From the IMG/VR virus record IMGVR_UViG_3300010218_000004, positions 1 to 64,000 of that record: a DNA stretch of 64,000 bases. One strand, written 5' to 3'. Shown here piece by piece: positions 1 to 9,050 of the stretch. Source of the DNA: a virus. Positions within the stretch are counted from its first letter, which is position 1. The number at the start of each line of letters is the position of its first letter. The notes beneath the pieces are model-generated. The model was not told where the DNA came from. It did no database searches and was given only the letters and a program-made list of their open reading frames with translations. Made by a program: the position numbers and the translations under genes.

Positions 1-1
1 C

Positions 2-478
2 CTCGACGTCGCCCCCGGCTCCGAGGTGCTGCAACTCGCCGCGCTCGCCGCCGCCGACTACGTCCTGATCCCCTCGAAGTCCGACCCGTCGTCCCGCAAG
101 GGACTGCGCGCCGTCGCAAAGCGCTTCGCCGTCGCTTCGGAGATGAACGAGGTACTCCAGCTCCTCGGCGTCGTCCTCTTCGCGACGAACAGCAGCGCAA
201 CGAACGTCCACAAGAAGATCCGCGAGCACCTGGAGGCCGACCTCAACGGGTCCGCCCCGCTGTTCGAGCAGGCCATCCGCCACGTCGAGGCCGCGGCCGT
301 CGAGGCACGTCTACGCGGGAAGGTACCGCAGGAGTTGCGCACGGCCAGCGACCTCCCGTCCGGCATGCTCAAGTCCATGAAGGGCCTCGCCGGGGACTAC
401 CAGTCCCTCACGGTGGAGATCTTGCAGGAGATGACCGCCCGGATCGCCGCCGCACAGGAGGCGGGTGACGAGGCGTGA
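2..478 (+). CDS. parA: ParA/Soj-family partition ATPase, C-terminal part (5' end outside the window)
   Basis: The frame is open to the window edge. LDVAPGSEVLQLAALAAADYVLIPSKSDPSSRKGL matches the ParA/MinD core. The stop overlaps the next start (GTGA). Confidence 0.75.
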   Translation, partial: LDVAPGSEVLQLAALAAADYVLIPSKSDPSSRKGLRAVAKRFAVASEMNEVLQLLGVVLFATNSSATNVHKKIREHLEADLNGSAPLFEQAIRHVEAAAVEARLRGKVPQELRTASDLPSGMLKSMKGLAGDYQSLTVEILQEMTARIAAAQEAGDEA

Positions 479-1419
479 GCGACGTCAACAGCACACTTCC
501 CGACGACGACGCCCTCAAGGCGTTCGCGAACTCCGCCCTCGGCCGCGGCAGCCGCCGACGCCGCGGCCAGGGCGCCAGCGGCACAGAGGCGCCCGCCGAG
601 ACCCAGGCGACGACCCCGGCCGCAGACGACGCCCCTCCGGTCGACGAACCGCCGGCGACCGCCGACGCGGCACCCGCCGCCGAGGAGGCCGCACCGGCCC
701 GGGCGGCCGCTCCCGAGCCCGCACCGGCGCAGGAGCCCGCGCCGACGGTCGCCGAGCCGGTAGGGGAGGAGACGGCGACCGTGCCCGCCCCGGCCCCGAC
801 TCCGGCCCCGGAGACTGCGCCCGCGCCGGCTCCCGCCCCGGCTGTCGAGTCCCCGGCCGCGCCCGCGCCGGCCGCGGAGGTCGCGGTGCGTGCCGTCGCC
901 GTGCCCCACGTCCGCACGTCCCCGCTGCCCGCCGGGCTCCAGGACGGCGCGGTCATCGAGGTCCGTGTGCCTCAGCTCGGCCCGGCCGGTACCCGTGGCG
1001 TGCAGTGCACGGTGATGATCCGGCAGGAGGTTCGGGACCGGTTCGCCCGTTACCAGCTGGAGAAGAAGTTGCAGGGGGAGGACGAGCCGTCGAACTCGAT
1101 GGTGGTCCGCCGCGCATTCCTGCACGCCCAACGGAACGACCTCTTCGGGGAGATCCTGCGGGACGTCTACCATGCGGCGAACGCCCTCGGCGAGGAGGAC
1201 TACGACGAGGGCGGCCTGCTCGGTGACGTGGTCGGCCGGCGCACGACCCGCGGCCGCACCCGGCACACCACACAGCAGTCGTTCCGGCCGTCCGAGCAGG
1301 AACTGGCGGCCTACGACGCGTTCCAGACGGCGTACGGGTTCCCCGACCGGTCGGCGTTCATCGACGGCCTCCTCGACCGGTTCCTGCCGCCGCTGCCCCC
1401 GCCGGGGAGGCGCCGCTGA
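475..1419 (+). CDS. Putative partition partner protein with a Pro/Ala-rich linker and an RHH-like C-terminus
   Basis: Translationally coupled to parA. The C-terminal ...SFRPSEQELAAYDAFQTAYGFPDRSAFIDGLLDRFL resembles CopG/ParG-type ribbon-helix-helix. No classical ParB N-domain was seen. Confidence 0.4.
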   Translation: MSDVNSTLPDDDALKAFANSALGRGSRRRRGQGASGTEAPAETQATTPAADDAPPVDEPPATADAAPAAEEAAPARAAAPEPAPAQEPAPTVAEPVGEETATVPAPAPTPAPETAPAPAPAPAVESPAAPAPAAEVAVRAVAVPHVRTSPLPAGLQDGAVIEVRVPQLGPAGTRGVQCTVMIRQEVRDRFARYQLEKKLQGEDEPSNSMVVRRAFLHAQRNDLFGEILRDVYHAANALGEEDYDEGGLLGDVVGRRTTRGRTRHTTQQSFRPSEQELAAYDAFQTAYGFPDRSAFIDGLLDRFLPPLPPPGRRR

Positions 1420-1571
1420 CCGAACCCTACGGGCGGGGGTAGCGGTTTGCCGCGGCACCGATCTACAATCGCCCGCATGCCGGGTGTGTCTCGGCCCCCT
1501 TGCGGGACTCGCCGTCTCCACCGTTCGCGATCATGTCGGCAAACCTGGGCGTGAACGGCGGAGGCGGCTCA

Positions 1572-1599
1572 TTTATGGCCGGATAACGGTGGGTAGAGT
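1572..1599 (+). promoter_or_regulatory. Sigma-70-like promoter TTTATG-N16-TAGAGT
   Basis: Read directly from the sequence, upstream of the 1751 gene. The -10 matches the Streptomyces TAGAPuT type. Confidence 0.4.
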
Positions 1600-1750
1600 G
1601 ACGGACCGCGCATTATGTAGGGGTTAAGCGTTCGACGAAACGGTGGCGGTTCCGGGTACTTGTCTGCCACCCTGCCGGTATATGACCCGCGACGGCAGCA
1701 CCTCGTCTCCGTGCCGACGCCCGCCATTACCCCGTACGAAGAGAGACACC

Positions 1751-2146
1751 ATGCCGTCCGTGGCCCATCAAGCTCCCGACGAGGAGCCCACCTCTCTTGC
1801 ACCGGTCGTCGACCTCACCAGCCGGCGCGGGGGTAAGGCAGTCTCCGTCGAGGACGCCATGCGGAACGTGACGGACGCTGACCTCCAGGAGCGGGCCGCC
1901 GAGCACTGGCGGCGCGTCTTCGAGGACGCCGGCATGAACCTCAGCGACCGAGACACCGCCGCCACCGCCGTACTCCTCGCCCGCGAGCTGGAGCGCCTCG
2001 TCGGCGGCCTCCTCGTCATCCGCGAGGGCCGCGAAGACCTGCCCGCCAACCCGGACGCCGGCGTCGACTTCACGTCCGCCGTCGAGGTGACCGGCGTCCT
2101 CCGCGACCTCGCCCGCGCCGCGCAGCCGGGCACCAAGCGCGACTGA
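1751..2146 (+). CDS. Hypothetical protein
   Basis: Internal ATG of ORF 1643..2146 in a GC3-rich frame. The start is uncertain (GTG 1643 is the alternative). Confidence 0.55.
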   Translation: MPSVAHQAPDEEPTSLAPVVDLTSRRGGKAVSVEDAMRNVTDADLQERAAEHWRRVFEDAGMNLSDRDTAATAVLLARELERLVGGLLVIREGREDLPANPDAGVDFTSAVEVTGVLRDLARAAQPGTKRD

Positions 2147-2209
2147 CGACGTCCCTCCGGTCGCCATCGCCTCACCCGAACATCTGGCAAACCGTCAAAA
2201 ACGGGCACG

Positions 2210-2243
2210 CCGGGCATGGTTGTACGCGATGCCCGGTTTTTTT
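2210..2243 (+). terminator. Rho-independent terminator
   Basis: Stem CCGGGCAT/ATGCCCGG followed by TTTTTTT. Confidence 0.8.
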
Positions 2244-2452
2244 GATGCCATGCGTCAAAGGTTCGTCAAGGAATCGGTAAAGGCTTTTCGACTGCTTGAG
2301 CATTCCCTCACCTCACCTCCACACATGACGGTCCCGCCTGGCAGTATGTGAGCGCCCGGCTACAACCGGAATAGATCCCACCGGTCGCCGACGGCCCGTC
2401 AGGCCGACGCAGGGCAACCCGCCCGGGCACGAACCACAAGGGGGCGCCTCGA

Positions 2453-3013
2453 ATGAGTCAACCGCAGCAAGCACACCGGCGAACCGCCCTCGCCTACGGC
2501 ATCGCCGCCGACCCCCACTGGGCGACCGCCGGAGCAACGCGCATCGCCGGCGCCCTCGCCCTCCCCGAACGCCGGGCCACCCGCACCAACGCGGGCACCC
2601 CGTACAACCTCAGCGTCTACGACCTCGCCCTCGAACACGACCGCGCCCTCGAGGACTTCGCCCGCCGACACGGCCACCCCCTCGAGATCCCCGCCGGCCG
2701 GACCGCGCTCGCCGACTACGCCGCGAACCTCGCCGACACCAACGACGCCGCCCGCATCGACTACGCGCAACTGCGCCTCATCCACGACCTGCGGGCCGCA
2801 CTCACCATCGGCGACGCCGACGACCTCATGGGCAAACTCGCCTGCCCCGGCTGCCTCTGCTGGTCCCTCGTCGGCACCCGCACCCCCTCCGGCGCATGGG
2901 GCGCAACCTGCCGCATGCTCCGCTGCGCAACCGCACCCGGCGAACCCCGCGTCTTCACCCTCGCCCAGGTGGCCCTCCACCACATCAACCACAGCGACGA
3001 CGCCGCCGCCTGA
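2453..3013 (+). CDS. Hypothetical protein (C-terminal Cys cluster)
   Basis: ORF track entry with high GC3. Contains CPGCLCW...C...C. No family was recognised. Confidence 0.6.
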   Translation: MSQPQQAHRRTALAYGIAADPHWATAGATRIAGALALPERRATRTNAGTPYNLSVYDLALEHDRALEDFARRHGHPLEIPAGRTALADYAANLADTNDAARIDYAQLRLIHDLRAALTIGDADDLMGKLACPGCLCWSLVGTRTPSGAWGATCRMLRCATAPGEPRVFTLAQVALHHINHSDDAAA

Positions 3014-3029
3014 CCCACCGACGGACCGC

Positions 3030-3311
3030 ATGCCCACCATCGCAACCCGACGCGCCCCGAGCTGCGTCACCGCCGCGTTCTTCCGCACGCCGCCCCCCGA
3101 CCTGATCAACTGGAACCAGGCCGAGGCCGCCGTCGCGACGAGCCCGCACCCGATGAGCGCCCGCGACCTGCGCCGCAAGTACAAGGCCGCCGACCGCCCC
3201 CTCTACAAGATCCCCGGCCGGCGCGGCGAGCACGTCAGCCGGTCGGCGCTCCTCGAGTTCCACCGCGACCTCGTCCACGGCTGGCTCACCGCCAGCGGCC
3301 GGCGCGCATAA
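3030..3311 (+). CDS. Putative small DNA-binding protein (excisionase/AlpA-like HTH)
   Basis: 93 aa. MSARDLRRKYKAADRPLYKIPGRRGEHVSRSALLEF resembles the Xis/AlpA pattern. A terminator follows. Confidence 0.4.
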   Translation: MPTIATRRAPSCVTAAFFRTPPPDLINWNQAEAAVATSPHPMSARDLRRKYKAADRPLYKIPGRRGEHVSRSALLEFHRDLVHGWLTASGRRA

Positions 3312-3326
3312 CCGCACACCCCGCAA

Positions 3327-3355
3327 GGCCCCGCCCCGAGTCCCCGGGCGGGGCC
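3327..3355 (+). terminator. Rho-independent terminator
   Basis: Stem GGCCCCGCCCC / GGGCGGGGCC followed by TTTGT. Confidence 0.7.
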
Positions 3356-3424
3356 TTTGTCATGCCCCGAGTGACGACCGGCACTTACCTCACCTGGGAA
3401 AACAGCCTCAAAGGGCTACGCGCG

Positions 3425-3445
3425 CGCATGACTTTTGTGTAAGGT
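3425..3445 (+). promoter_or_regulatory. Promoter-like element GCGCATGACTT..TAAGGT (weak third copy of the ATGAC motif)
   Basis: Shares GCGcATGACtT-N-TA(A/G)GGT with the 9006-9038 and 11226-11258 elements. Confidence 0.35.
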
Positions 3446-3504
3446 GGTTCACGCCGACAGGGCAGCAGGGCCCAACCAGCCCACGCTGCTCGATCACTCC
3501 ACAC

Positions 3505-3852
3505 GTGGAGGACCCAGTGACCACCTGCACCATGGCCCCGACCATCGGACGCCACCGCATCCCCCGCGCCGAACTCACCGCGCCCCAGGTCCGGTTCGTC
3601 ATCGGACACGTCCTCGACCGCCTGGGCACCACCCACGGCATCGTCGACCCCGCCCCGGAGATCCCGCACACGGAGACCGCGGAACGCCTCTCCCTCTCCG
3701 TCCTCGCCGCCTGGCAGCTCGGCCTCGACCTCACCCCGGGCCACGAGATCACCCAGTGCGCCGACTGCGCGGACATCGTCGACGGCGCCCTCACCGTCGA
3801 GGCCGGCGGCCGCATCACCTGCGACCGCTGCACCGGCCCCCAGACCACCTGA
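3505..3852 (+). CDS. Hypothetical protein with a C-terminal zinc-ribbon (CxxC...CxxC)
   Basis: ORF track entry. Contains CADCADIV...CDRC. The start is either GTG 3505 or GTG 3517. Confidence 0.6.
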   Translation: MEDPVTTCTMAPTIGRHRIPRAELTAPQVRFVIGHVLDRLGTTHGIVDPAPEIPHTETAERLSLSVLAAWQLGLDLTPGHEITQCADCADIVDGALTVEAGGRITCDRCTGPQTT

Positions 3853-3854
3853 CG

Positions 3855-3896
3855 GCCCGGCCCTCCCCACCCCCTCCCCCCGGGGGAGGGCCGGGC
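3855..3896 (+). terminator. GC-rich hairpin, terminator-like
   Basis: 14-bp stem GCCCGGCCCTCCCC / GGGGAGGGCCGGGC. Confidence 0.5.
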
Positions 3897-3982
3897 ACCC
3901 CCAAGCAGGTCGGGGCGGCGTGACCACACCGCCGCCCCGGCCGGCCAACCACCGAGACACCCCGCACACGGGAGACCCAGAC

Positions 3983-4417
3983 ATGCCCGAAAACAGCACG
4001 CCCGACGTCGCCATCGCCGACCACCTCCTGACCATGGCCGCCGACATCGACCGCTACGGCCTGTGGACCGGCGGCCCCAGCTTCATCGACCCCAACAGCG
4101 AACGCCTCGACGTCCCGGCCGCCGCCTACAAGGCCACCGCCGGCTCCGTGCCGTTCCACTTCGCCCTCCCCACCGAGGACGCCGCCGCCGTCGCCCGCTC
4201 CTACATCGAGCACACCCCGGCCGCGATGGCCGTCCTCAACGCCATCGCAGCCCACATGGCCGCCACCTGGCCCGACCTCGACTGGACCGACGACCCCATC
4301 GACCGCCTGTCCGCCTGGCCCGACCTCCTCGGCGTCCAGCCGGGCGAGATCCCGCAGACCCTCCGCGACCTCGCCCACCGCATCACCACCGGCGCCACCG
4401 CCCCGGCCGCCGCCTAA
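3983..4417 (+). CDS. Hypothetical protein
   Basis: ATG preceded by a GGAGA RBS, inside ORF 3920..4417. Confidence 0.6.
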   Translation: MPENSTPDVAIADHLLTMAADIDRYGLWTGGPSFIDPNSERLDVPAAAYKATAGSVPFHFALPTEDAAAVARSYIEHTPAAMAVLNAIAAHMAATWPDLDWTDDPIDRLSAWPDLLGVQPGEIPQTLRDLAHRITTGATAPAAA

Positions 4418-4491
4418 CCCACGCCGACCATGGGCCGCCGCCCCTCGACCGGCGGCGGCCCGACCCCGACACACGCCAAGGAGCCCAGCAC

Positions 4492-5013
4492 GTGAGCAGC
4501 AACTTCCCCACCCGGGTCCTCCAGGAGGTCGCGATGACCGCCCTCCACAAGGAACTCGGCGACACCCTCGGCACCCTGCGCGCCGACATGCAGACCGCCC
4601 TCGAGGAGATGGGCGCCGAGCGGATCGCCGCGAAGCTGCCCGACGGCACGAAGGTCGGCGCGCTCACCGTCTCCAACCCCACCCCGAAGCCCGCCATCAC
4701 CGACGAGCAGGCATTCATCCGCTTCGTCGAGGACATCGCCCCCGGCGAGATCATGACCGTGAAGGTGGTCCGCCCCTCCTACGCGAAGAAGCTCCTCGAC
4801 GACATGGAGCAGCGCGGCGCCGCCGAGATCATCGACCCCGGCAACGGGGAGATCGTCGAGGTCGACGGCGTCGAGATGAAGACGGCCCGCGCCGCCTCCC
4901 ACTCCGTCACCTTCAGCGAGGACGGCCGCGCCGCGATCGCCGCCGCCTGGCGCGCCGGCCACCTCGCCCACATCGACGGCCTGCCCCAGCTGCCCGCCGG
5001 GAGCGACGGATGA
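4492..5013 (+). CDS. Hypothetical protein
   Basis: GTG preceded by an AAGGAG RBS, in the tail of ORF 4063..5013. The upstream part of that ORF is Arg/Pro-rich and looks non-coding. Confidence 0.65.
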   Translation: MSSNFPTRVLQEVAMTALHKELGDTLGTLRADMQTALEEMGAERIAAKLPDGTKVGALTVSNPTPKPAITDEQAFIRFVEDIAPGEIMTVKVVRPSYAKKLLDDMEQRGAAEIIDPGNGEIVEVDGVEMKTARAASHSVTFSEDGRAAIAAAWRAGHLAHIDGLPQLPAGSDG

Positions 5014-5453
5014 CCGCCGACACCCCGAAACCGCGGCCCACCCCGGCGGAGGAGGCCCAGGCCCGCGCCTACATGTACGGCGTCATCTACGGCTTCGGCA
5101 TCCTCATCGAGGAGTGGTTCGGCTGGCCCAACGGCACCGCCTCCCACTCCGACGGCGAGGGCAACCGGCTCATCTACACCGGCGACGAACTCCACCTCTT
5201 CGACGCCGTCATCCCCTGCCGCGTCCACGGCAAGCACCGCGTCGGCGTCACCTACGCCCACGACTTCGCCAAGGCCCGCGCCGACACCGCCGCATGCAGC
5301 GCGAAGGCGCCCGCGCCGCCGAAGCCGGCCGGGGACACGCCGACCATGCAGATCAACGCCCCCACCCTCAAGCCGCCGGTGAAGCCGACCCCGCTGTGGC
5401 TCATCACCCGCGCCGCCGACACCCCCGGCAAAGACCGCCAGAAGCCCGCCTAA
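5010..5453 (+). CDS. Hypothetical protein
   Basis: ATGA start/stop overlap with the preceding gene. Confidence 0.65.
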   Translation: MTADTPKPRPTPAEEAQARAYMYGVIYGFGILIEEWFGWPNGTASHSDGEGNRLIYTGDELHLFDAVIPCRVHGKHRVGVTYAHDFAKARADTAACSAKAPAPPKPAGDTPTMQINAPTLKPPVKPTPLWLITRAADTPGKDRQKPA

Positions 5454-5470
5454 ACCTCCGGAGGAACCCC

Positions 5471-5656
5471 GTGACCCGCAACGCCCTCGCCGCCAGCAGT
5501 GGCCTGCCCCTCACCCGCGACGAACTCGTGGCGTCCGTCATCGCCGGCCTCGGCGACGCCGAGGACGTCCTGTCGACCGAGAACCTCGGCGACGGCGACA
5601 TCGGCGTGGAGACCACCGGCGGCCGCTTCTTCATCACCGTCACCGCCCACGACTGA
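5471..5656 (+). CDS. Hypothetical small protein (61 aa)
   Basis: GTG preceded by a GGAGGA RBS, in the tail of ORF 5114..5656. Confidence 0.5.
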   Translation: MTRNALAASSGLPLTRDELVASVIAGLGDAEDVLSTENLGDGDIGVETTGGRFFITVTAHD

Positions 5657-5733
5657 CCCTCGCCCCCCATGCCCGGGCCGCCGCCCCTCGACCTGGCGGC
5701 GCCCCGGGCCCCGCACCCCACCGGAGTTGCCCC

Positions 5734-6237
5734 GTGTCCACCCCCGCCTCCGCATGCGCCGCCCCGGCCGTCGACAAGCCGCTGTTCTCCCTCACCGTGT
5801 ACGGCATCCCCGCCCCGCAGGGCAGCAAGAAGACCGCCGGCAAGCGCCGCACCAGCACCGGCAAACTCGTCCCCCGCCTCGTCGAGTCGTCGAAGAAGGT
5901 CAAGCCGTGGCGGGAGGCCGTCCACGACGCCGCCATCGCCGAACTCCTCCGCATTCGGCGGACGTTCGTGAAGCTCGACGGCCCCCTCGAGGCCACCATG
6001 TACTTCACCCTCCCCGCCCCACAGAACATGCCGAAGGACCGCGTCGCCGCGACCGTCTACCCCGACCTGTCGAAACTCCTCCGCTCCACCGAGGACTCCC
6101 TCACCACGGCCGGCGTGTGGGCCGACGACGCCCGCGTCATCCGCTACCGCGACCTCCGCAAGACCTACCCCGGCCTCGGCCCGTACGCCCTCACCCGGCC
6201 CGGCGTGACCCTCCACATCTGGAAGGCCCAGCCGTGA
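5734..6237 (+). CDS. rusA: RusA-family Holliday junction resolvase
   Basis: Carries the RusA hallmarks: GIPAPQGSKK...KPWREAV...GPLEATMYFTLPAP...PDLSKLLRSTEDSLTTAGVWADDARV. Confidence 0.85.
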   Translation: MSTPASACAAPAVDKPLFSLTVYGIPAPQGSKKTAGKRRTSTGKLVPRLVESSKKVKPWREAVHDAAIAELLRIRRTFVKLDGPLEATMYFTLPAPQNMPKDRVAATVYPDLSKLLRSTEDSLTTAGVWADDARVIRYRDLRKTYPGLGPYALTRPGVTLHIWKAQP

Positions 6238-6710
6238 CCGGCCGCCGCCTGGTCCGGACCGCGCCCGTCATCCCGGGCGCGGTCCCCATCGCCGCCATCT
6301 GGGCATTCCGCGACCGCCTCGACCGGGTCGGACAGCACCGCATCTGGAACGGCATGACGTCCAAGGGCACCACGCCCGTCCTGTTCCACGACGACACCCT
6401 GTACCCCGCCCGGCACATCGCCTGGGTCCTCCACCACGGCACCGCCCCCGTCGGCCTCGTCAAGGCCGACTGCGGCGTCCGCCTGTGCATGCACGCCCCG
6501 CACCTCACCGACGCCGCCAGCCGGCAGCGCGAACGCGTCCTGTACGCCGCCCTCCTCGGCGTCACCCTCGCCGGCCCCTGCCCCGCCGGCCACCACGACC
6601 TCGCCGAGTACGGGTACGCCCGCCCGACCGGCTTCATCGAATGCCGCGGCTGCGACAACGCCCGCCGCCGCAACGCAGCCACGTCCCCGGAAGGAGCTGT
6701 TGCAGCATGA
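6234..6710 (+). CDS. HNH-like (HNH_3-type) endonuclease or DNA-binding protein
   Basis: GTGA coupling to rusA. RIWNG...YPARHIAWVLHHG...VKADCGVRLCMHAPHL resembles the actinophage HNH_3 pattern, but the His before the Cys is missing. Confidence 0.5.
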   Translation: MTGRRLVRTAPVIPGAVPIAAIWAFRDRLDRVGQHRIWNGMTSKGTTPVLFHDDTLYPARHIAWVLHHGTAPVGLVKADCGVRLCMHAPHLTDAASRQRERVLYAALLGVTLAGPCPAGHHDLAEYGYARPTGFIECRGCDNARRRNAATSPEGAVAA

Positions 6711-7282
6711 GCAGCACGGCCGAAGCCCGCGGCGACCTCGTCGAGGAACTCCTCCCCCTGGCCGCCCACCTCGCCTGCATCGTGCGCGGTGACGGCGGCC
6801 CGGAGGACATCGCCGAGGCCCTCGACGCCCTCACCCCGTACGAGCAGACGGCCCTCATCGTCAGCCTCGCCGGCCTCGTCAACCCCGACACCCACCTCCA
6901 CGAGGCCCTCGGCTACCTCACCTGGGACGAACACGGCAATGAGACGCCGCCGGTACGGGCCGACCACCGCACCATCCGGACCCTCGCCACCCGCTACCGC
7001 ATCCGCTACTCGAACATCGACATGGCCCGCGTCATCCGCTGCCTCCACGGCGAGCCGTTCGCCCTCACCGCACCCGAGCGACGGGCCGCGATCGAGTACG
7101 GGGCGCGCCGTATGGACCTCCCCTTCGACATCATCGCCGCCCGCCTCGACATGGAACTCCCCGCGGTCAAGCGGTCGTGGGAGCGCATCAAGCGGAGGGC
7201 CCGGAAGTCCGGGGAGACGTGGCCGAACCAGCCGCGGTTCACCACCGAGGCCGCGGTCCTGGGCAAGGCGAGGACGGCATGA
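6707..7282 (+). CDS. Putative HTH DNA-binding protein (sigma-70 region-4-like C-terminus)
   Basis: ATGA coupling to the preceding gene. The C-terminus reads DIIAARLDMELPAVKRSWERIKRRARK. Confidence 0.45.
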   Translation: MSSTAEARGDLVEELLPLAAHLACIVRGDGGPEDIAEALDALTPYEQTALIVSLAGLVNPDTHLHEALGYLTWDEHGNETPPVRADHRTIRTLATRYRIRYSNIDMARVIRCLHGEPFALTAPERRAAIEYGARRMDLPFDIIAARLDMELPAVKRSWERIKRRARKSGETWPNQPRFTTEAAVLGKARTA

Positions 7283-7527
7283 GCCGCCTCGAGGACATCG
7301 TCTGCACGACGAAGGTCACGTACTACAGCCGGTCGCAGGCGAAACGCGCCTGGAAACGGCTACGCCGGCAGCCCGGCCGCCGCCACCTCGAACGCTACCG
7401 GTGCTCCTTCTGCCACTTCTGGCACCTCGGCAACCCGCCCGGCCACCAGACCTACATCCGCAAGGGCTTGCCGACCCTCACCCCGCACCGCCCTCCCGCC
7501 CCGGCCCGTCACCTCAACGCGGCCTGA
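7279..7527 (+). CDS. Hypothetical small basic protein (C..CxxC)
   Basis: Internal ATG of ORF 7177..7527, overlapping the upstream stop. Confidence 0.5.
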   Translation: MSRLEDIVCTTKVTYYSRSQAKRAWKRLRRQPGRRHLERYRCSFCHFWHLGNPPGHQTYIRKGLPTLTPHRPPAPARHLNAA

Positions 7528-7549
7528 ACACACAGGAGCAGAACAGCCC

Positions 7550-8131
7550 ATGGCAGGCGAGACCATCATCACCGTCGTCGGGAACCTCGTCGACGACCCC
7601 GAACTCCGCTTCACCCCCTCCGGCGCGGCCGTCGCGAAGTTCCGCGTCGCATCCACCCCCCGCGTCTTCGACCGGCCCACCAACGAGTGGAAGGACGGCG
7701 ACAGCCTGTTCCTCACCTGCTCCGTGTGGAGGCAGGCCGCGGAGAACGTCGCCGAGTCGTTGCAGCGCGGCATGCGCGTCATCATCCAGGGCCGCCTCAA
7801 GCAGCGCTCGTACGAGGACAACGAGGGCGTGCGACGGACCGTGTACGAACTCGACGTCGAGGAGGTCGGCGCGTCCCTGCGGAACGCGACCGCGAAGGTG
7901 GAGAAGGTCCGCCGCAACAGCGACGGCTACGGCAACGGCAGCGGCAGCGGCAGCGCGCCGGCCTCGTCCGGCGGGGGCGGCTGGAACGGCGGCGGACAGC
8001 AGCAGTCGGGCGGCGGCGACCCGTGGGCGGGGGGCCCGCCGGCCGGCGGCGGCTGGTCCAACGGCGGCAACAACAGCGGCAGCTGGTCCGGCGGCGATGC
8101 CGGCGGCTACTCCGATGAGCCCCCGTTCTGA
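7550..8131 (+). CDS. ssb: Single-stranded DNA-binding protein
   Basis: N-terminal OB fold ([29 protein letters not shown]), a Gly-rich linker and the acidic tail DEPPF. Confidence 0.95.
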   Translation: MAGETIITVVGNLVDDPELRFTPSGAAVAKFRVASTPRVFDRPTNEWKDGDSLFLTCSVWRQAAENVAESLQRGMRVIIQGRLKQRSYEDNEGVRRTVYELDVEEVGASLRNATAKVEKVRRNSDGYGNGSGSGSAPASSGGGGWNGGGQQQSGGGDPWAGGPPAGGGWSNGGNNSGSWSGGDAGGYSDEPPF

Positions 8132-8289
8132 TGCCCGCCGACACCATCCGCACGGGGCGGTGCGATACCGGCCGCCCCCTCTGCGGGAAACCCGCCCGCC
8201 TCTATGCCGCCGGCTGGCGCTGCGACGACCACATCCCCCGCGCCTACACCCGGCCCGCCACCGCCGACACCCGCAAGGAGGACTCGTGA
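8131..8289 (+). CDS. Hypothetical small Cys-containing protein (52 aa)
   Basis: Translated by hand; it is below the ORF-track size cutoff. ATGA overlap with ssb and GTGA overlap with the next gene. Confidence 0.45.
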   Translation: MPADTIRTGRCDTGRPLCGKPARLYAAGWRCDDHIPRAYTRPATADTRKEDS

Positions 8290-8582
8290 ACGCCACCCCT
8301 CGCCCGTCCGGCGCGACACTCCGCCGGGCCGGCGCGGCCGCCGCCGTCGCCGTCATGCTCGCCGCCGCCCTCACCGACTACGACCGGACCCGGCACGACG
8401 ACACACCCCGTACCGGGGTCGTCGACACCGGGCCCGCGGACGGCATCCGCATGCCCGACGGCTACTCCACCGCCGACACGAAGTGCTTCCACGGCGACCG
8501 CGTGTACGCCCGCTACCACGGCGAGACCCGCTACGACGACAACGTCCTCGTCCCCGCCGACCCCACCTGCAAGCAGCACTAG
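8286..8582 (+). CDS. Secreted or membrane-anchored protein, paralogue of 8605..8910
   Basis: GTG start in the tail of ORF 6789..8582. Has an N-terminal hydrophobic segment. Shares G(V)V..(G)PAD.IRMPDG(Y/F)S.A.TKC.HG.R.Y..YHG...Y......PADPTC with the next gene. Confidence 0.6.
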   Translation: MNATPRPSGATLRRAGAAAAVAVMLAAALTDYDRTRHDDTPRTGVVDTGPADGIRMPDGYSTADTKCFHGDRVYARYHGETRYDDNVLVPADPTCKQH

Positions 8583-8604
8583 CCCACACCACACGGGAGA
8601 ACAC

Positions 8605-8910
8605 ATGAAGCACACCGACCAGCCGACCACCCCGCGCCGGATCAAGAAGGCGTACATCGCCGCCGGAGGCGCCGCCGTCCTCGCCCTCCTCCTCGGCGCC
8701 TGCGACAAGTACACCGAGCCCTTCAAGGACTCGCCGCGCTCGGGTGTCGTGAACAACCAGCCCGCCGACATCATCCGCATGCCCGACGGGTTCTCCGCCG
8801 CGGCAACCAAGTGCGACCACGGAAACCGGATCTACACCCTGTACCACGGCGACTCGAAGTACGGCGCCATCTGGGGTGTCCCCGCCGACCCCACCTGTCG
8901 CGGCAAGTGA
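8605..8910 (+). CDS. Putative lipoprotein
   Basis: Signal peptide with a lipobox (LLLGAC). Paralogous to 8286..8582. Confidence 0.7.
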   Translation: MKHTDQPTTPRRIKKAYIAAGGAAVLALLLGACDKYTEPFKDSPRSGVVNNQPADIIRMPDGFSAAATKCDHGNRIYTLYHGDSKYGAIWGVPADPTCRGK

Positions 8911-8921
8911 CGTCCCCTTAG

Positions 8922-8951
8922 GGCGCCCCGGCACTCGACCGCCGGGGCGCC
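8922..8951 (+). terminator. Hairpin with the conserved loop ACUCGACC
   Basis: GGCGCCCCGGC-ACTCGACC-GCCGGGGCGCC. Confidence 0.65.
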
Positions 8952-9005
8952 GAATACCGCCGGCCGCCACCTCTGGCGCCCGGCCCCTCATACATAGCCC
9001 GATAA

Positions 9006-9038
9006 AGTCATGCGCGTGCGTATGACTTACGATAGGGT
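9006..9038 (+). promoter_or_regulatory. Promoter/operator AGTCAT-N10-ATGAC-N6-TAGGGT
   Basis: Inverted repeat AAGTCAT...ATGACTT overlapping a -10-like TAGGGT, 12 nt before the ATG at 9051. The same architecture occurs at 11226-11258. Confidence 0.5.
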
Positions 9039-9050
9039 TGTGAAGCCGAC

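Noticed and set aside
397-1521. Long ORFs antisense to, or out of frame with, the called genes. Examples are 397..1521(-), 6789..8582(+), 12853..14649(-), 22609..23991(-), 48896..51190(-), 52995..54845(-) and 54445..56310(-).
   Set aside because: Their translations are Arg/Gly/Pro/Ala-rich and low-complexity, as expected for stop-poor alternative frames in ~72% GC DNA. They overlap genes with recognisable motifs, RBSs or start/stop coupling, so I treated them as shadow ORFs.
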